This document shows positions 50,975 through 59,547 of a DNA stretch of 64,000 nt, one piece after another. The notes beneath the pieces were generated by a model. The model was not told the origin of the DNA and did no database searches. It saw only the letters and a program-made list of their open reading frames with translations. The stretch spans positions 185,787 through 249,786 of the forward strand of contig JAQTMY010000001.1 of the NCBI GenBank assembly GCA_028714095.1. The letters are read 5' to 3'. Positions within the stretch are counted from its first letter, which is position 1. Every line of letters starts with the position of its first letter. The stretch is from Candidatus Nanoarchaeia archaeon. GTDB taxonomy: Archaea > Nanobdellota > Nanobdellia > SCGC-AAA011-G17 > JACPNG01. The position numbers and the translations under genes are program-made.

Positions 50975-51667
50975 TTATTTCAAATACATCTCATTTATTT
51001 TATAATCTAAAAATTTAAGCTCATCATTATTGGTAATTATAAACTCAAAATAGCCTTTCATCAGGTGAGGATTAAAGATATCTTTTGCCAGGTCTATATA
51101 ATCTATTATGAACCTTACAAATTTCATATTTAGATTATTTTTTCCTATGAACCACTCCATTTTGTTTTCAATATGTCCTACTTTCCCCAAGTCTATCTTG
51201 CAGCTCAGGAATAATGGAATATCTCCATGAGACATTTTTTCAAGAGTACCTTCAGCAGCTTCAATTAATACCTCACTATTTTTTGAGATTATTACCCCTC
51301 CAATTTTATCTCCCACTCCATAATCTTCTAAGATAATTGTATATTTTTTACAATCTCTTGGATTAATGGTTTCTCTTAAGAAATTATTACATTCTTCAAA
51401 AGACTTAAGGTTCAGTTTATACCTCCTGGGCATTTCTTTAGTGTTTGGGATAGCATAAACAACAAATCTTGGATATTTATTTAAAAAATTTGAGACTAAG
51501 GGATCACCCGCCTTAATATCCTCAACATGGACTATAATAAAATCATAGATAGGAAGTCCTGAGCCTTTAAGTCTCCTCCAGTCTTCTAACTTATCTGAGT
51601 GAAATCTTCCTAAATCTATTCTTTCTTTTTCTGCAGCAATTACCCAATCAGAAATATTTTTATCCAT
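50975..51667 (-). CDS. Hypothetical protein (230 aa, unrecognised fold)
   Basis: ORF only; it starts 1 bp after the upstream wHTH gene. Confidence 0.4.
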   Translation of the reverse strand: MDKNISDWVIAAEKERIDLGRFHSDKLEDWRRLKGSGLPIYDFIIVHVEDIKAGDPLVSNFLNKYPRFVVYAIPNTKEMPRRYKLNLKSFEECNNFLRETINPRDCKKYTIILEDYGVGDKIGGVIISKNSEVLIEAAEGTLEKMSHGDIPLFLSCKIDLGKVGHIENKMEWFIGKNNLNMKFVRFIIDYIDLAKDIFNPHLMKGYFEFIITNNDELKFLDYKINEMYLK

Positions 51668-51922
51668 TTAGATCATCTTCCTGAATTGATCATAAGCTTC
51701 ATTAGTCATAATCCATTGTTTTCTTCTTATATGATTTTTATTAACCTGCCTGACTAATCCTCTCTTCTCCATGTCTAAAAGTAATCTTAATACAAACTCA
51801 TCATCCCTTATGATCTCATTGGCAAGGTCTTTGGTATACATTGGCTTTAAGTTTAAATCATACAATAAATACAGAATGTCCTGTTTAATCCTTTCAATCT
51901 TTTCCTTAGAAATCTGAGACAT
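51668..51922 (-). CDS. Small winged-helix DNA-binding protein
   Basis: 84 aa with an HTH core YTKDLANEI...LLLDMEKRGLV. Confidence 0.45.
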   Translation of the reverse strand: MSQISKEKIERIKQDILYLLYDLNLKPMYTKDLANEIIRDDEFVLRLLLDMEKRGLVRQVNKNHIRRKQWIMTNEAYDQFRKMI

Positions 51923-52015
51923 AACTTTCCTTAATTTCTTTAAATATTTAAGTTTTACGCGTTATTCGGTTAGAAGGCTAATCAAAATTAAAATAAAAAA
52001 CTACTTAAATAATGC

Positions 52016-53710
52016 TTGTTTTTCAAAACAAAAATGTTTGAACAAGAAATAAAGAAACTTCTTAATCCTCATATAAAACAGATCCAGATAGTATTAGAAA
52101 TACCCAAAAACCCGGAGTTTGGAGATTATTCTTTTCCCTGTTTTAGTTTGTCTAAACTAATGAAAAAGTCTCCGGTAGACCTAGCAAACGAGATTTCTTC
52201 AAAACTAAAGAGAACAGATTTAATAGACAAAATCGAGGCTGTTGGCCCATATATTAATTTTTTCATAAACAAGGAAAAACTGAATCAGTTTACATTAGAA
52301 AAAGTTCTAAAGGAAAAAGAAAACTATGGAAATTTAAAACAAAACCAATTAATCCTTATAGAGTCTCCAGGTCCAAATACAAACAAACCCCTGCATCTTG
52401 GCCATTTAAGAAACATGGCCTTGGGGATCTCCTTGTCTAATATCCTTAAGAAAGTCGGTTATAAGGTTGTTAATATTGATATCATTAATGACCGAGGCAT
52501 CCACATATGCCAGTCAATGATAGCATATAAAAAATATGGGAAAAATAAAGTTCCCGATGTAAAATCAGATTTGTTTGTTGGTAACTTTTATGTTCTTTAC
52601 AATCAGAAGCTGAAAGAAAATCCAGAGTTAGATAATGAATCCAAGTCCCTGTTGATTAAATGGGAGCAAAAAGACCCAGAAACCCTTAAATTATGGAATT
52701 TAATGACCAACTGGGCCTTAAAAGGCATGCAGCAAACATATAAAAGATTTGGCCTGGAAATTGACAAAGCCTATAGAGAATCAGAGCATTATGAAAAAGG
52801 AAAGAACCTTGTTTTAGATGCTCTTAAGAAAGGGATAGCAAAGAAAGACAAAGAAGGTTCAGTTATTGTGGATTTATCAAAGCAGGGATTAGGGGAAAAG
52901 ATATTGCTAAGACCCGATGGTACTTCCTTATATATAACCCAGGATGTTTATCTCGCCAAGAAAAGATATGATGAATTTAAGTATGATAAATTGATTTATA
53001 TTGTAGCTTCAGAGCAGATACATCATTTTAAGGTTTTGTTTGAACTTCTTAAGCAGCTTAAGTTTGAGTTTGCAGATAATTTATATCATCTTCCTTATGG
53101 GATGGTTTATCTTCCAGAAGGCAAGATGAAATCGAGGGAAGGGAATATAGTTGATGCAGACAACCTTATTGATGAAGCCGTTAATCTTGCCAAAAATGAA
53201 CTGAGAAAGAGAGATCCAAAAATCTCTAAGAAGGAGCTAGATGAAAGGGCAGAGAAAATAGGTATTGGTTCAATTAAGTTCTTTATTCTTAAGTATGACC
53301 CCTTGAAGGATTTTACTTATGACCCTAAAAAATCAATATCTTTCGACGGAGAAACAGGCCCCTATATCCAATATACTTATGCAAGATTAAAGAGCATATT
53401 GAGGAAAGAGCAGCCTAAAGACAAGATTAATTTTATGTTATTACAGAGTGATTTTGACAAACAAATCATTAGACAGATTTCAAACTATCCGGAAATAATC
53501 AGGAAGGCTGCAGAGGAATATAAACCCTCTTTAATAGCTACCTACCTGTTCGAATTATGCCAGAAACTAAATACTTATTATGTAAAATATCCTATACTTA
53601 AAACAGATAAAGATGTTAAAAATGCCAGGTTAAACCTTATCCTTGCCAGCTCATATTTAATCAAGAATGGCCTTAATCTATTGGGAATTGAGGCTCTAGA
53701 AATAATGTAA
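52016..53710 (+). CDS. argS: Arginyl-tRNA synthetase
   Basis: HIGH region PNTNKPLHLGHLRN and a C-terminal DALR anticodon-binding-like domain. Confidence 0.9.
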   Translation: MFFKTKMFEQEIKKLLNPHIKQIQIVLEIPKNPEFGDYSFPCFSLSKLMKKSPVDLANEISSKLKRTDLIDKIEAVGPYINFFINKEKLNQFTLEKVLKEKENYGNLKQNQLILIESPGPNTNKPLHLGHLRNMALGISLSNILKKVGYKVVNIDIINDRGIHICQSMIAYKKYGKNKVPDVKSDLFVGNFYVLYNQKLKENPELDNESKSLLIKWEQKDPETLKLWNLMTNWALKGMQQTYKRFGLEIDKAYRESEHYEKGKNLVLDALKKGIAKKDKEGSVIVDLSKQGLGEKILLRPDGTSLYITQDVYLAKKRYDEFKYDKLIYIVASEQIHHFKVLFELLKQLKFEFADNLYHLPYGMVYLPEGKMKSREGNIVDADNLIDEAVNLAKNELRKRDPKISKKELDERAEKIGIGSIKFFILKYDPLKDFTYDPKKSISFDGETGPYIQYTYARLKSILRKEQPKDKINFMLLQSDFDKQIIRQISNYPEIIRKAAEEYKPSLIATYLFELCQKLNTYYVKYPILKTDKDVKNARLNLILASSYLIKNGLNLLGIEALEIM

Positions 53711-53756
53711 ATATCACCAAAATCTTTAAATAAAGTCTTTCTTTTTAAACCTTAAA

Positions 53757-54185
53757 ATGGCTATAGTTGGTTTTAATTTTGATAAGATCCTTGTAGAGAG
53801 GAAAAAACCTCTGAAAGGAGAACTTAAGGTTAAGAATAACCTGGACATAAAATCCATAAAAGAAGAAGAAATGGATTTAGGGCTTAAACAAAAAATAATT
53901 AGATTTGAATTTGAATTTAATTCTAAATACGAACCCGGCATAGCCGACATTGAAATTCTAGGACATATCCTTTATGCAGATTCAGAGGATAAAGTAAAGA
54001 AAATCCTCGACGATTGGAAGAAGAAAAAAGATATTGAGATACAGCTTAAGACAAGGCTCATAAATATTGCTTTAGCTAAAAGTAATATTAAAGCTTTAAC
54101 ACTTACTCAGGATGTAAACCTCCCCCCCCACATTAAATTGCCCGTAGTTGCACCAAAGATGGATAAATCCAACTACATAGGCTGA
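53757..54185 (+). CDS. Hypothetical protein
   Basis: ORF only. Confidence 0.35.
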   Translation: MAIVGFNFDKILVERKKPLKGELKVKNNLDIKSIKEEEMDLGLKQKIIRFEFEFNSKYEPGIADIEILGHILYADSEDKVKKILDDWKKKKDIEIQLKTRLINIALAKSNIKALTLTQDVNLPPHIKLPVVAPKMDKSNYIG

Positions 54186-54186
54186 A

Positions 54187-54230
54187 ACACGCACGCACTC
54201 ACATAAGAATCACATTTGAAGCACATAAAA
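54187..54230. repeat. GC-rich CA/CG simple-sequence tract (acacgcacgcactcaca...), copy 1, intergenic
   Basis: Seen directly. A second, longer copy lies at 54506..54546. Confidence 0.7.
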
Positions 54231-54271
54231 TTATTTAAATTTCTAAAACATCCCTATCTATAGAGGGGAAA

Positions 54272-54892
54272 ATGGCTGAAAATGGGCTTAATTTTATAGA
54301 AAACGTTAAATTATCCTTTAGTAAGGCTAAAGATGATATAACTTCCTTAGAATTAGAAATAAATAAATTAAAACAAATAATTTCTGAACAAAATAAGAAA
54401 ATAACCAAATTAATTGAAAAAATTGATATTTTAACCATTAAAGAGAAACTTGAGGTTTTTCCAGGGTCTTCCGAAAATAGTTCCATAGGAACTCAAGGGG
54501 TAGAAGCACGCACGCACGCACGCACTCACATCACACTCACACCCCCTAAAAACACCTTTTCAGCCTTTAATATTGAAATAGACCAGCTTTTCGCCAAATT
54601 TACACAAAAGGATTTTCAGGTCTTTCTTACCATATATCAGCTTGAAGAAGAGAAAGGAAAGGTCACCTATACCGACGTGGCCACTCATCTTAATATGTCT
54701 GAATCCGGCATCAGATCATATATCTCCAGATTGATTGCTAAAAATGCTCCCCTCTCAAAAGAGAAAATCAATAACAAACTCTCACTTTTGCATATTTTGC
54801 CAGATTTTAGGAGCCTAAACCTCAAAAGCAAACTTTTGGATATGTACTATCACCAGGACTCACTCCAGAAAAAGCTTTCAGATCAGTTCTGA
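54272..54892 (+). CDS. Coiled-coil plus C-terminal winged-helix protein, carrying an internal simple-sequence repeat in the linker
   Basis: N-terminal heptads. The linker ARTHARTHITLT is encoded by (GCAC/GCACG)n. The C-terminal HTH is KVTYTDVATHLNMSESGIRSYISRL. Confidence 0.45.
   Translation: MAENGLNFIENVKLSFSKAKDDITSLELEINKLKQIISEQNKKITKLIEKIDILTIKEKLEVFPGSSENSSIGTQGVEARTHARTHITLTPPKNTFSAFNIEIDQLFAKFTQKDFQVFLTIYQLEEEKGKVTYTDVATHLNMSESGIRSYISRLIAKNAPLSKEKINNKLSLLHILPDFRSLNLKSKLLDMYYHQDSLQKKLSDQF
54506..54546. repeat. GC-rich (CACG)n/(CA)n simple-sequence tract inside the CDS 54272..54892, copy 2
   Basis: The tract is gcacgcacgcacgcacgcactcacatcacactcacaccccc. Confidence 0.75.
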
Positions 54893-55515
54893 ACTCTCAC
54901 TTTTTGTTTTTTAGCCTGTTTTTTCTGTATATTTAGACCCTTTAATACCTCATTCTTGTATTTTTCGTTGATATAAAACCTCTTTGTACCGTCTGATTCA
55001 GCCCTCTCCTCTATTAAACCCTCACTTTTATGCTTTATATTGTTAATCTGGCCTCTTATGGTAGATTTATCCTTGCCTAGTAAGGACTCCAAGTCTTCAT
55101 AGCTAAGTTTTATCTCAGTATTTAGTAAGGTCCATACCACTAGTCTCTCCATCATAGTCAAATTTTTCAGTTGGATGGCTGTTTGGACAGCTGTTTGGAC
55201 ACCCTCAAACGCCTGTTTGGACACATGTTTGTTTGTGCCTGTTTGTTTTTGGGGGGTTGTTTGGACAGCTGTTTGTTTTTCAAACAGGGAGGCAAGCTTC
55301 TTTTCAATCTCGTCCAATCTTGCATGGATATTTAAGAACTCTTTTTCATGTTTATGATTCTTCTCTTTGAAATGATTTATCCAATCAGAAATCTTACTCA
55401 TATCCTCCCTTACTTTTGCAAAGGATTGTTTGCTATTAGAATGAACATTATCAATTCTTTTGTGAATGTGTTCCTCTTTTTTTCTGGTAAAAAAACCAAA
55501 CAGCATAATAATCAA
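54883..55515 (-). CDS. Coiled-coil plus C-terminal winged-helix protein (paralogous architecture to 54272..54892), carrying an internal tandem repeat
   Basis: HTH core KLSYEDLESLLGKDKSTIRGQINNI. The linker GVQTAVQTA is encoded by tandem CTGTTTGGACA units. Confidence 0.45.
   Translation of the reverse strand: MIIMLFGFFTRKKEEHIHKRIDNVHSNSKQSFAKVREDMSKISDWINHFKEKNHKHEKEFLNIHARLDEIEKKLASLFEKQTAVQTTPQKQTGTNKHVSKQAFEGVQTAVQTAIQLKNLTMMERLVVWTLLNTEIKLSYEDLESLLGKDKSTIRGQINNIKHKSEGLIEERAESDGTKRFYINEKYKNEVLKGLNIQKKQAKKQKVRVQN
55173..55282. repeat. Imperfect tandem repeats of about 11 bp (CTGTTTGGACA / TGTTTGTTT) inside the CDS 54883..55515
   Basis: The sequence is ggctgtttggacagctgtttggacaccctcaaacgcctgtttggacacatgtttgtttgtgcctgtttgtttttggggggttgtttggacagctgtttgttttt. 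Confidence 0.7.
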
Positions 55516-55547
55516 ATATCCTCCTTATTTAATAACTTTTCTCTCTT

Positions 55548-56357
55548 CTAATCAAGAGGACTCTTGATTTTTTTGATTTGTTCCTGTGAAACATGTGTAT
55601 AAATCTGCGTTGTACTGAGTTGTGAATGCCCAAGTAACTCCTGTATCAGCCTTATGTCCGTCCCATTCTCGAGCAAATGAGTGGCAAAACTATGCCTTAG
55701 GGTATGTGGTGTAACCCTCTTCTTAATCCCTGCCTTAAATGCGACATTCTGTATGATTTTCTGTATATTTCTCGTCGTCAAACCCCTCTTTTCTTTTCCA
55801 GGGAATAGGTAAGGAGAGGCTTCAGGAAGTGTTTGAATATACTTTTCAAGGTCCTTTAATATCTTTCCAGCAACAATAGTTATTCTGTCTTTGTTCCCTT
55901 TTCCAGACTTAACCCTTATTGTTTTTTCCTTGAAATCAATTTGTTCTGTCTTTAGGTTTACAAGTTCAGAAACCCGGAGTCCAGTACTATATAACAATTC
56001 AATTATTAGCCTAGTTTTATTGTTCTTGGCATTTTTTATAAGCAAAAAAATTTCATCTCTGCTTAAAACTTCCGGGTTTGACTTGGGAATCTTGGGAGTT
56101 TTTAAATTAACTATATTTTTTCCCAAAATTTCATCATAAAAAAACTTCAATGCGCTCTTCTTCAAGGAAACACTTCTTGGCTTCAAGCTTAAATCAGAGA
56201 CTAAATAACTCATATACTTCTTGATATCCTCTTCTTCTACCTCTTTTGGTTCTTTTTTGATATAATCAAGAAATAATTTGTTATGCCTTATGTAAGAGCT
56301 GAGAGTTTCCTTGGAAAAACCCCTCAATTTTAATTCCATCTCAAGTTTATCTAACAA
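55548..56357 (-). CDS. Tyrosine recombinase, XerC/XerD (archaeal XerA)-like. The ORF as listed starts at a TTG codon.
   Basis: C-terminal catalytic region HTLRHSFATHLLENGTDIRLIQELLGHSQLSTTQIYTHV (R...HxxR...Y). Confidence 0.85.
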   Translation of the reverse strand: MLDKLEMELKLRGFSKETLSSYIRHNKLFLDYIKKEPKEVEEEDIKKYMSYLVSDLSLKPRSVSLKKSALKFFYDEILGKNIVNLKTPKIPKSNPEVLSRDEIFLLIKNAKNNKTRLIIELLYSTGLRVSELVNLKTEQIDFKEKTIRVKSGKGNKDRITIVAGKILKDLEKYIQTLPEASPYLFPGKEKRGLTTRNIQKIIQNVAFKAGIKKRVTPHTLRHSFATHLLENGTDIRLIQELLGHSQLSTTQIYTHVSQEQIKKIKSPLD

Positions 56358-56432
56358 TATATCACCCTTTTAGAAACTAAAATAACAAATTAGCCTTAAT
56401 AAGCATTTCGCTTAAAATTAGTCTTATCCGAA

Positions 56433-56687
56433 CTACTTGTAATCACTTTCCTTCGATCCAAGGATATTATCAAGCAAATAGGCCTTGATACTCTCAGGAT
56501 CCTTTATTGTTGGAGTTCCGACATTAAGCCCCAGAGGATAAAATTCAGCCTGGGTAGAATCAAAAGAATCGACAATCTCACATCTAAATCCTTGTTCAAT
56601 AGCTTTTCTGACCATATCTTCTATTCTACTATCAATACTAGACCTTTTTTCTGGCAAGAAGAGGTGGGGCAGATCCTCATTTTGCAT
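56433..56687 (-). CDS. Hypothetical protein
   Basis: ORF only. Confidence 0.3.
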   Translation of the reverse strand: MQNEDLPHLFLPEKRSSIDSRIEDMVRKAIEQGFRCEIVDSFDSTQAEFYPLGLNVGTPTIKDPESIKAYLLDNILGSKESDYK

Positions 56688-56826
56688 GATCCTTCTAAGT
56701 AACCCGAACTTAAATACATTTATGTTTATTATTATCTTAAAAATTTTAGTTTTCTCTAAAATATTATAATCCCTCGGAGAAGGCCGTAATATTTCCAGTA
56801 TTATTCTCTAAATCTTATTTAATCTT

Positions 56827-57753
56827 TTGTCTTATTGTATAGAAATGGGTTTAGAAGATACTTGGGATTTGATTGGAACGTTTGAACAACATTCAAGAAA
56901 CGCAAAAGGAGAGATACGAGTCTATCGTAGATCTAATGAAAGTACTTATTCTAATTGGAGAAACCCAAATCCTCCAGACCTTGAAGAAGTTTATGAGATA
57001 ACTGAAAACACCCCTAGATGTTTTGGGCATCCAATCCATCTTGATTACTTCGGTGTTTTGGTTAATTGTATTTCTCCGACAGGAAAAATTGATAAAGGAG
57101 CGAGGATTATTTTTAATATTCATTCTCAGGACGCAGAAATATCAAAGACCTATCCTAATTTATTTGTGAAAGGAGATAAAGTCTACCTAAAAGGTATTTT
57201 TTCAGAAGGACTCTTGTTTAATGTCTCAGATACAGTTGTTCAGGCTCAGTCTAAATCTCACACTCAGTTTCTAGATAAAGAGGAGTGGATTCACGGAGTA
57301 ATCTCTCAGGGGTGTTATGTAAAAAGTAATATCTACAGATTAAAAGGAATTTTTGATAGGCATTATGAATATAAAAGGACCAAACATGTTTACAGAGGAG
57401 TCTTAGTAGATGTTTTTAATCCAGCTCATCCAGATATTACCAATCAAAAATTAATATTTGATTATGAAATAAAAGAAAAATATGTAGGTCAATTATATGA
57501 ACCTTTATTCAAATCAGGTTTAGAGCTAAAGATTAAAGGACCAATAGACAAAGCCCTATGTGATATCTCCCAGATATGGATTGGCAAGGAGTATCCTATG
57601 GAACCTCCAAAAGTATTAGAATCTGCTCCTCAAGCACATCAATTATACAACCTCCCTCCTTTATCAGGTACAACTCCTTTGCCAAGGCCTCAAAAGGAGG
57701 AAGAGGATGAATATTCCTCATTTATTGATATCCTTAATGATAGGCCTTCCTAG
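56827..57753 (+). CDS. Hypothetical protein (308 aa)
   Basis: ORF only; locally higher GC than the rest of the window. Confidence 0.4.
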   Translation: MSYCIEMGLEDTWDLIGTFEQHSRNAKGEIRVYRRSNESTYSNWRNPNPPDLEEVYEITENTPRCFGHPIHLDYFGVLVNCISPTGKIDKGARIIFNIHSQDAEISKTYPNLFVKGDKVYLKGIFSEGLLFNVSDTVVQAQSKSHTQFLDKEEWIHGVISQGCYVKSNIYRLKGIFDRHYEYKRTKHVYRGVLVDVFNPAHPDITNQKLIFDYEIKEKYVGQLYEPLFKSGLELKIKGPIDKALCDISQIWIGKEYPMEPPKVLESAPQAHQLYNLPPLSGTTPLPRPQKEEEDEYSSFIDILNDRPS

Positions 57754-58105
57754 AAAGCTTTTTATATTTTCTCTATATTTAAATAACTTCATGAAAAGGT
57801 CATTTATCAAAGCACCATTATTTGTAATATTGACTTTAATGTTAATCCTCTTAGTTTTAAATCTAAAGCAGAAGGCAAGCAATGGTAGCTTTGGTTCAGA
57901 CTGGATAACCATAAAGATCCTTATAGGCCTTGTTTTAGCCTGGATATTCTGGTTAAGGTCTTACTTTAAGGAGAAGGAATTTATGAGAAAGGCAACCCTT
58001 AGTGGAAGCCCAGAGCTCACAGATGCAATTAACAAGTTTAAAGCCTTTGAGTTCAAGCTAACCCTCATCTTAATCTTCTGGATATTGGTTATTTTAGTAA
58101 TATGA
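57707..58105 (+). CDS. Membrane protein (hypothetical)
   Basis: Predicted TM helices; ORF only. Confidence 0.3.
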   Translation: MNIPHLLISLMIGLPRKLFIFSLYLNNFMKRSFIKAPLFVILTLMLILLVLNLKQKASNGSFGSDWITIKILIGLVLAWIFWLRSYFKEKEFMRKATLSGSPELTDAINKFKAFEFKLTLILIFWILVILVI

Positions 58106-58204
58106 TAATTTTATAAAGAAGTTCATTACTCTAATTAGCAATGAACCCTAGGCTATTCCAGCCAAATCTTAAATAAAAATATATAGTTAGTTCTATATTC
58201 CTGA

Positions 58205-58552
58205 ATGGATTTAGGGTGGAATAAGTCAACAAATCCAATTTACTTAAGGAGAACTTACATGAAAACTAAACTTTTAATCCTTGTTTTGATCCTTCTCGCA
58301 GGTATAATGGCCTATGTGGGGATAGAAGGACTCAAGAAGGATATCACCAGCGCCGAAGGACTTGCCGGAACAGCGCTTGCTCTAGCTCTTATTGTTATAA
58401 TCTATTTTGTTGGCAGGAATGCCAATAAAAAGGAAGAAAAAGAAGCAAGGCTAAAAGCTCTAACTGAAAAAATTGCTTCCGAACCAAGTCTGAACCCTCA
58501 GACTCTTGATGAAGAAATCATCAAGTCAGAAGGCGGACCCCCAGAAGGATAA
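58205..58552 (+). CDS. Small membrane protein with K/E-rich tail
   Basis: Two TM helices; ORF only. Confidence 0.35.
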   Translation: MDLGWNKSTNPIYLRRTYMKTKLLILVLILLAGIMAYVGIEGLKKDITSAEGLAGTALALALIVIIYFVGRNANKKEEKEARLKALTEKIASEPSLNPQTLDEEIIKSEGGPPEG

Positions 58553-58576
58553 ATAAGATTCTCTATCCTTATTGGA

Positions 58577-58606
58577 TTGAACCTCCTCTAACAGGAGGTT
58601 CCTTTT
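58577..58606 (+). terminator. Stem-loop (gaacctcct / aggaggttc) followed by a T-run
   Basis: A perfect 9-bp inverted repeat with a 5-nt loop, then cttttt, immediately 3' of the 58205..58552 CDS. Confidence 0.4.
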
Positions 58607-58777
58607 TATTTCTTATGTATAGATATGTATCCAGATTCCATAAACACTAACTTTTTTGTCTAATTTCCCCTACTTTTTTATTAAAAATAAGCAATTTTAT
58701 ACAATACATTCGCTTAATGGTGCTTATGCGAAATGATTAGAAATCTTTATTAATTTTCTCTTTTATTATAATTCCTT

Positions 58778-59506
58778 ATGGAATTAGAGGAAATTAGAAA
58801 GGATTTAGAAGAATCAAAAAAATTAACTAAGAACGGAATAAGATGGACCATCCTCCTAGGTCTTGTAGGGGTTTTGGTTTCTTTACTTTTGGGATATCTG
58901 GCAGGATATTTTCCAGTTAAACAGGAATTAGAAGAATTAAACCAAGATTATTTAGATTTACAAAAAGAAATGGAAATTTTGGATAAGGCAAATCTCCTAA
59001 GGGAAGGAGGGGATTATCAAGGGGCACTCGAACTAGCAGATCAAGTCCTAGACAAAGATCCCAGAAACAATATAGCGTGGAATGCTCGAGGGAATGCCCT
59101 TTTTTTGATGAAAGACTATGAAAAAGCTCTTTTAAGTTATGAGAAAGCAATCGAATTTAGTGAGGGGTGGAATAAAGGGGTAGCTTGGCACCACAAGGGT
59201 CTTTGTTTATTTTATTTGGGGGAATATAATCTTTCTGTAACGGCCTATGATGAATCTTTAAAAATAAATCCTTCTTTTGAAAATTCTTGGTTAAACAAAG
59301 GGGGAGCCCTTAAAAGACTTGAACTTTATGAAGAGGCCTTGGAAGCTTATGATAGAGTCCTTCAATTAAATCCCAACTATGCTATGGCTTGGTACCATCG
59401 AGGGATAACACTAACTAACTTAGGAGATTCGGCCAAGGCAAAAGACTCACTTTGTCAGGCTTGTAGGTTAGATTCTAATTATTGTGGAACCACATTCTGC
59501 AATTAA
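58778..59506 (+). CDS. TPR-repeat protein with N-terminal TM anchor
   Basis: Repeated W-x2-G-x2-(L/Y)-x8-A-x3-(Y/F)-x2-(A/S)-(L/I) TPR signatures (for example AWNARGNALF and AWYHRGITL). Confidence 0.6.
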   Translation: MELEEIRKDLEESKKLTKNGIRWTILLGLVGVLVSLLLGYLAGYFPVKQELEELNQDYLDLQKEMEILDKANLLREGGDYQGALELADQVLDKDPRNNIAWNARGNALFLMKDYEKALLSYEKAIEFSEGWNKGVAWHHKGLCLFYLGEYNLSVTAYDESLKINPSFENSWLNKGGALKRLELYEEALEAYDRVLQLNPNYAMAWYHRGITLTNLGDSAKAKDSLCQACRLDSNYCGTTFCN

Positions 59507-59547
59507 AAATAAATCTAGTTTCGCATAATCCCTCTTATCCGAACCTT

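Noticed and set aside
55548-56357. Calling the region a prophage on the basis of the recombinase alone.
   Set aside because: No capsid, terminase, portal or replication genes are recognisable. Only a small cassette or remnant, or a chromosomal XerA role, can be supported.
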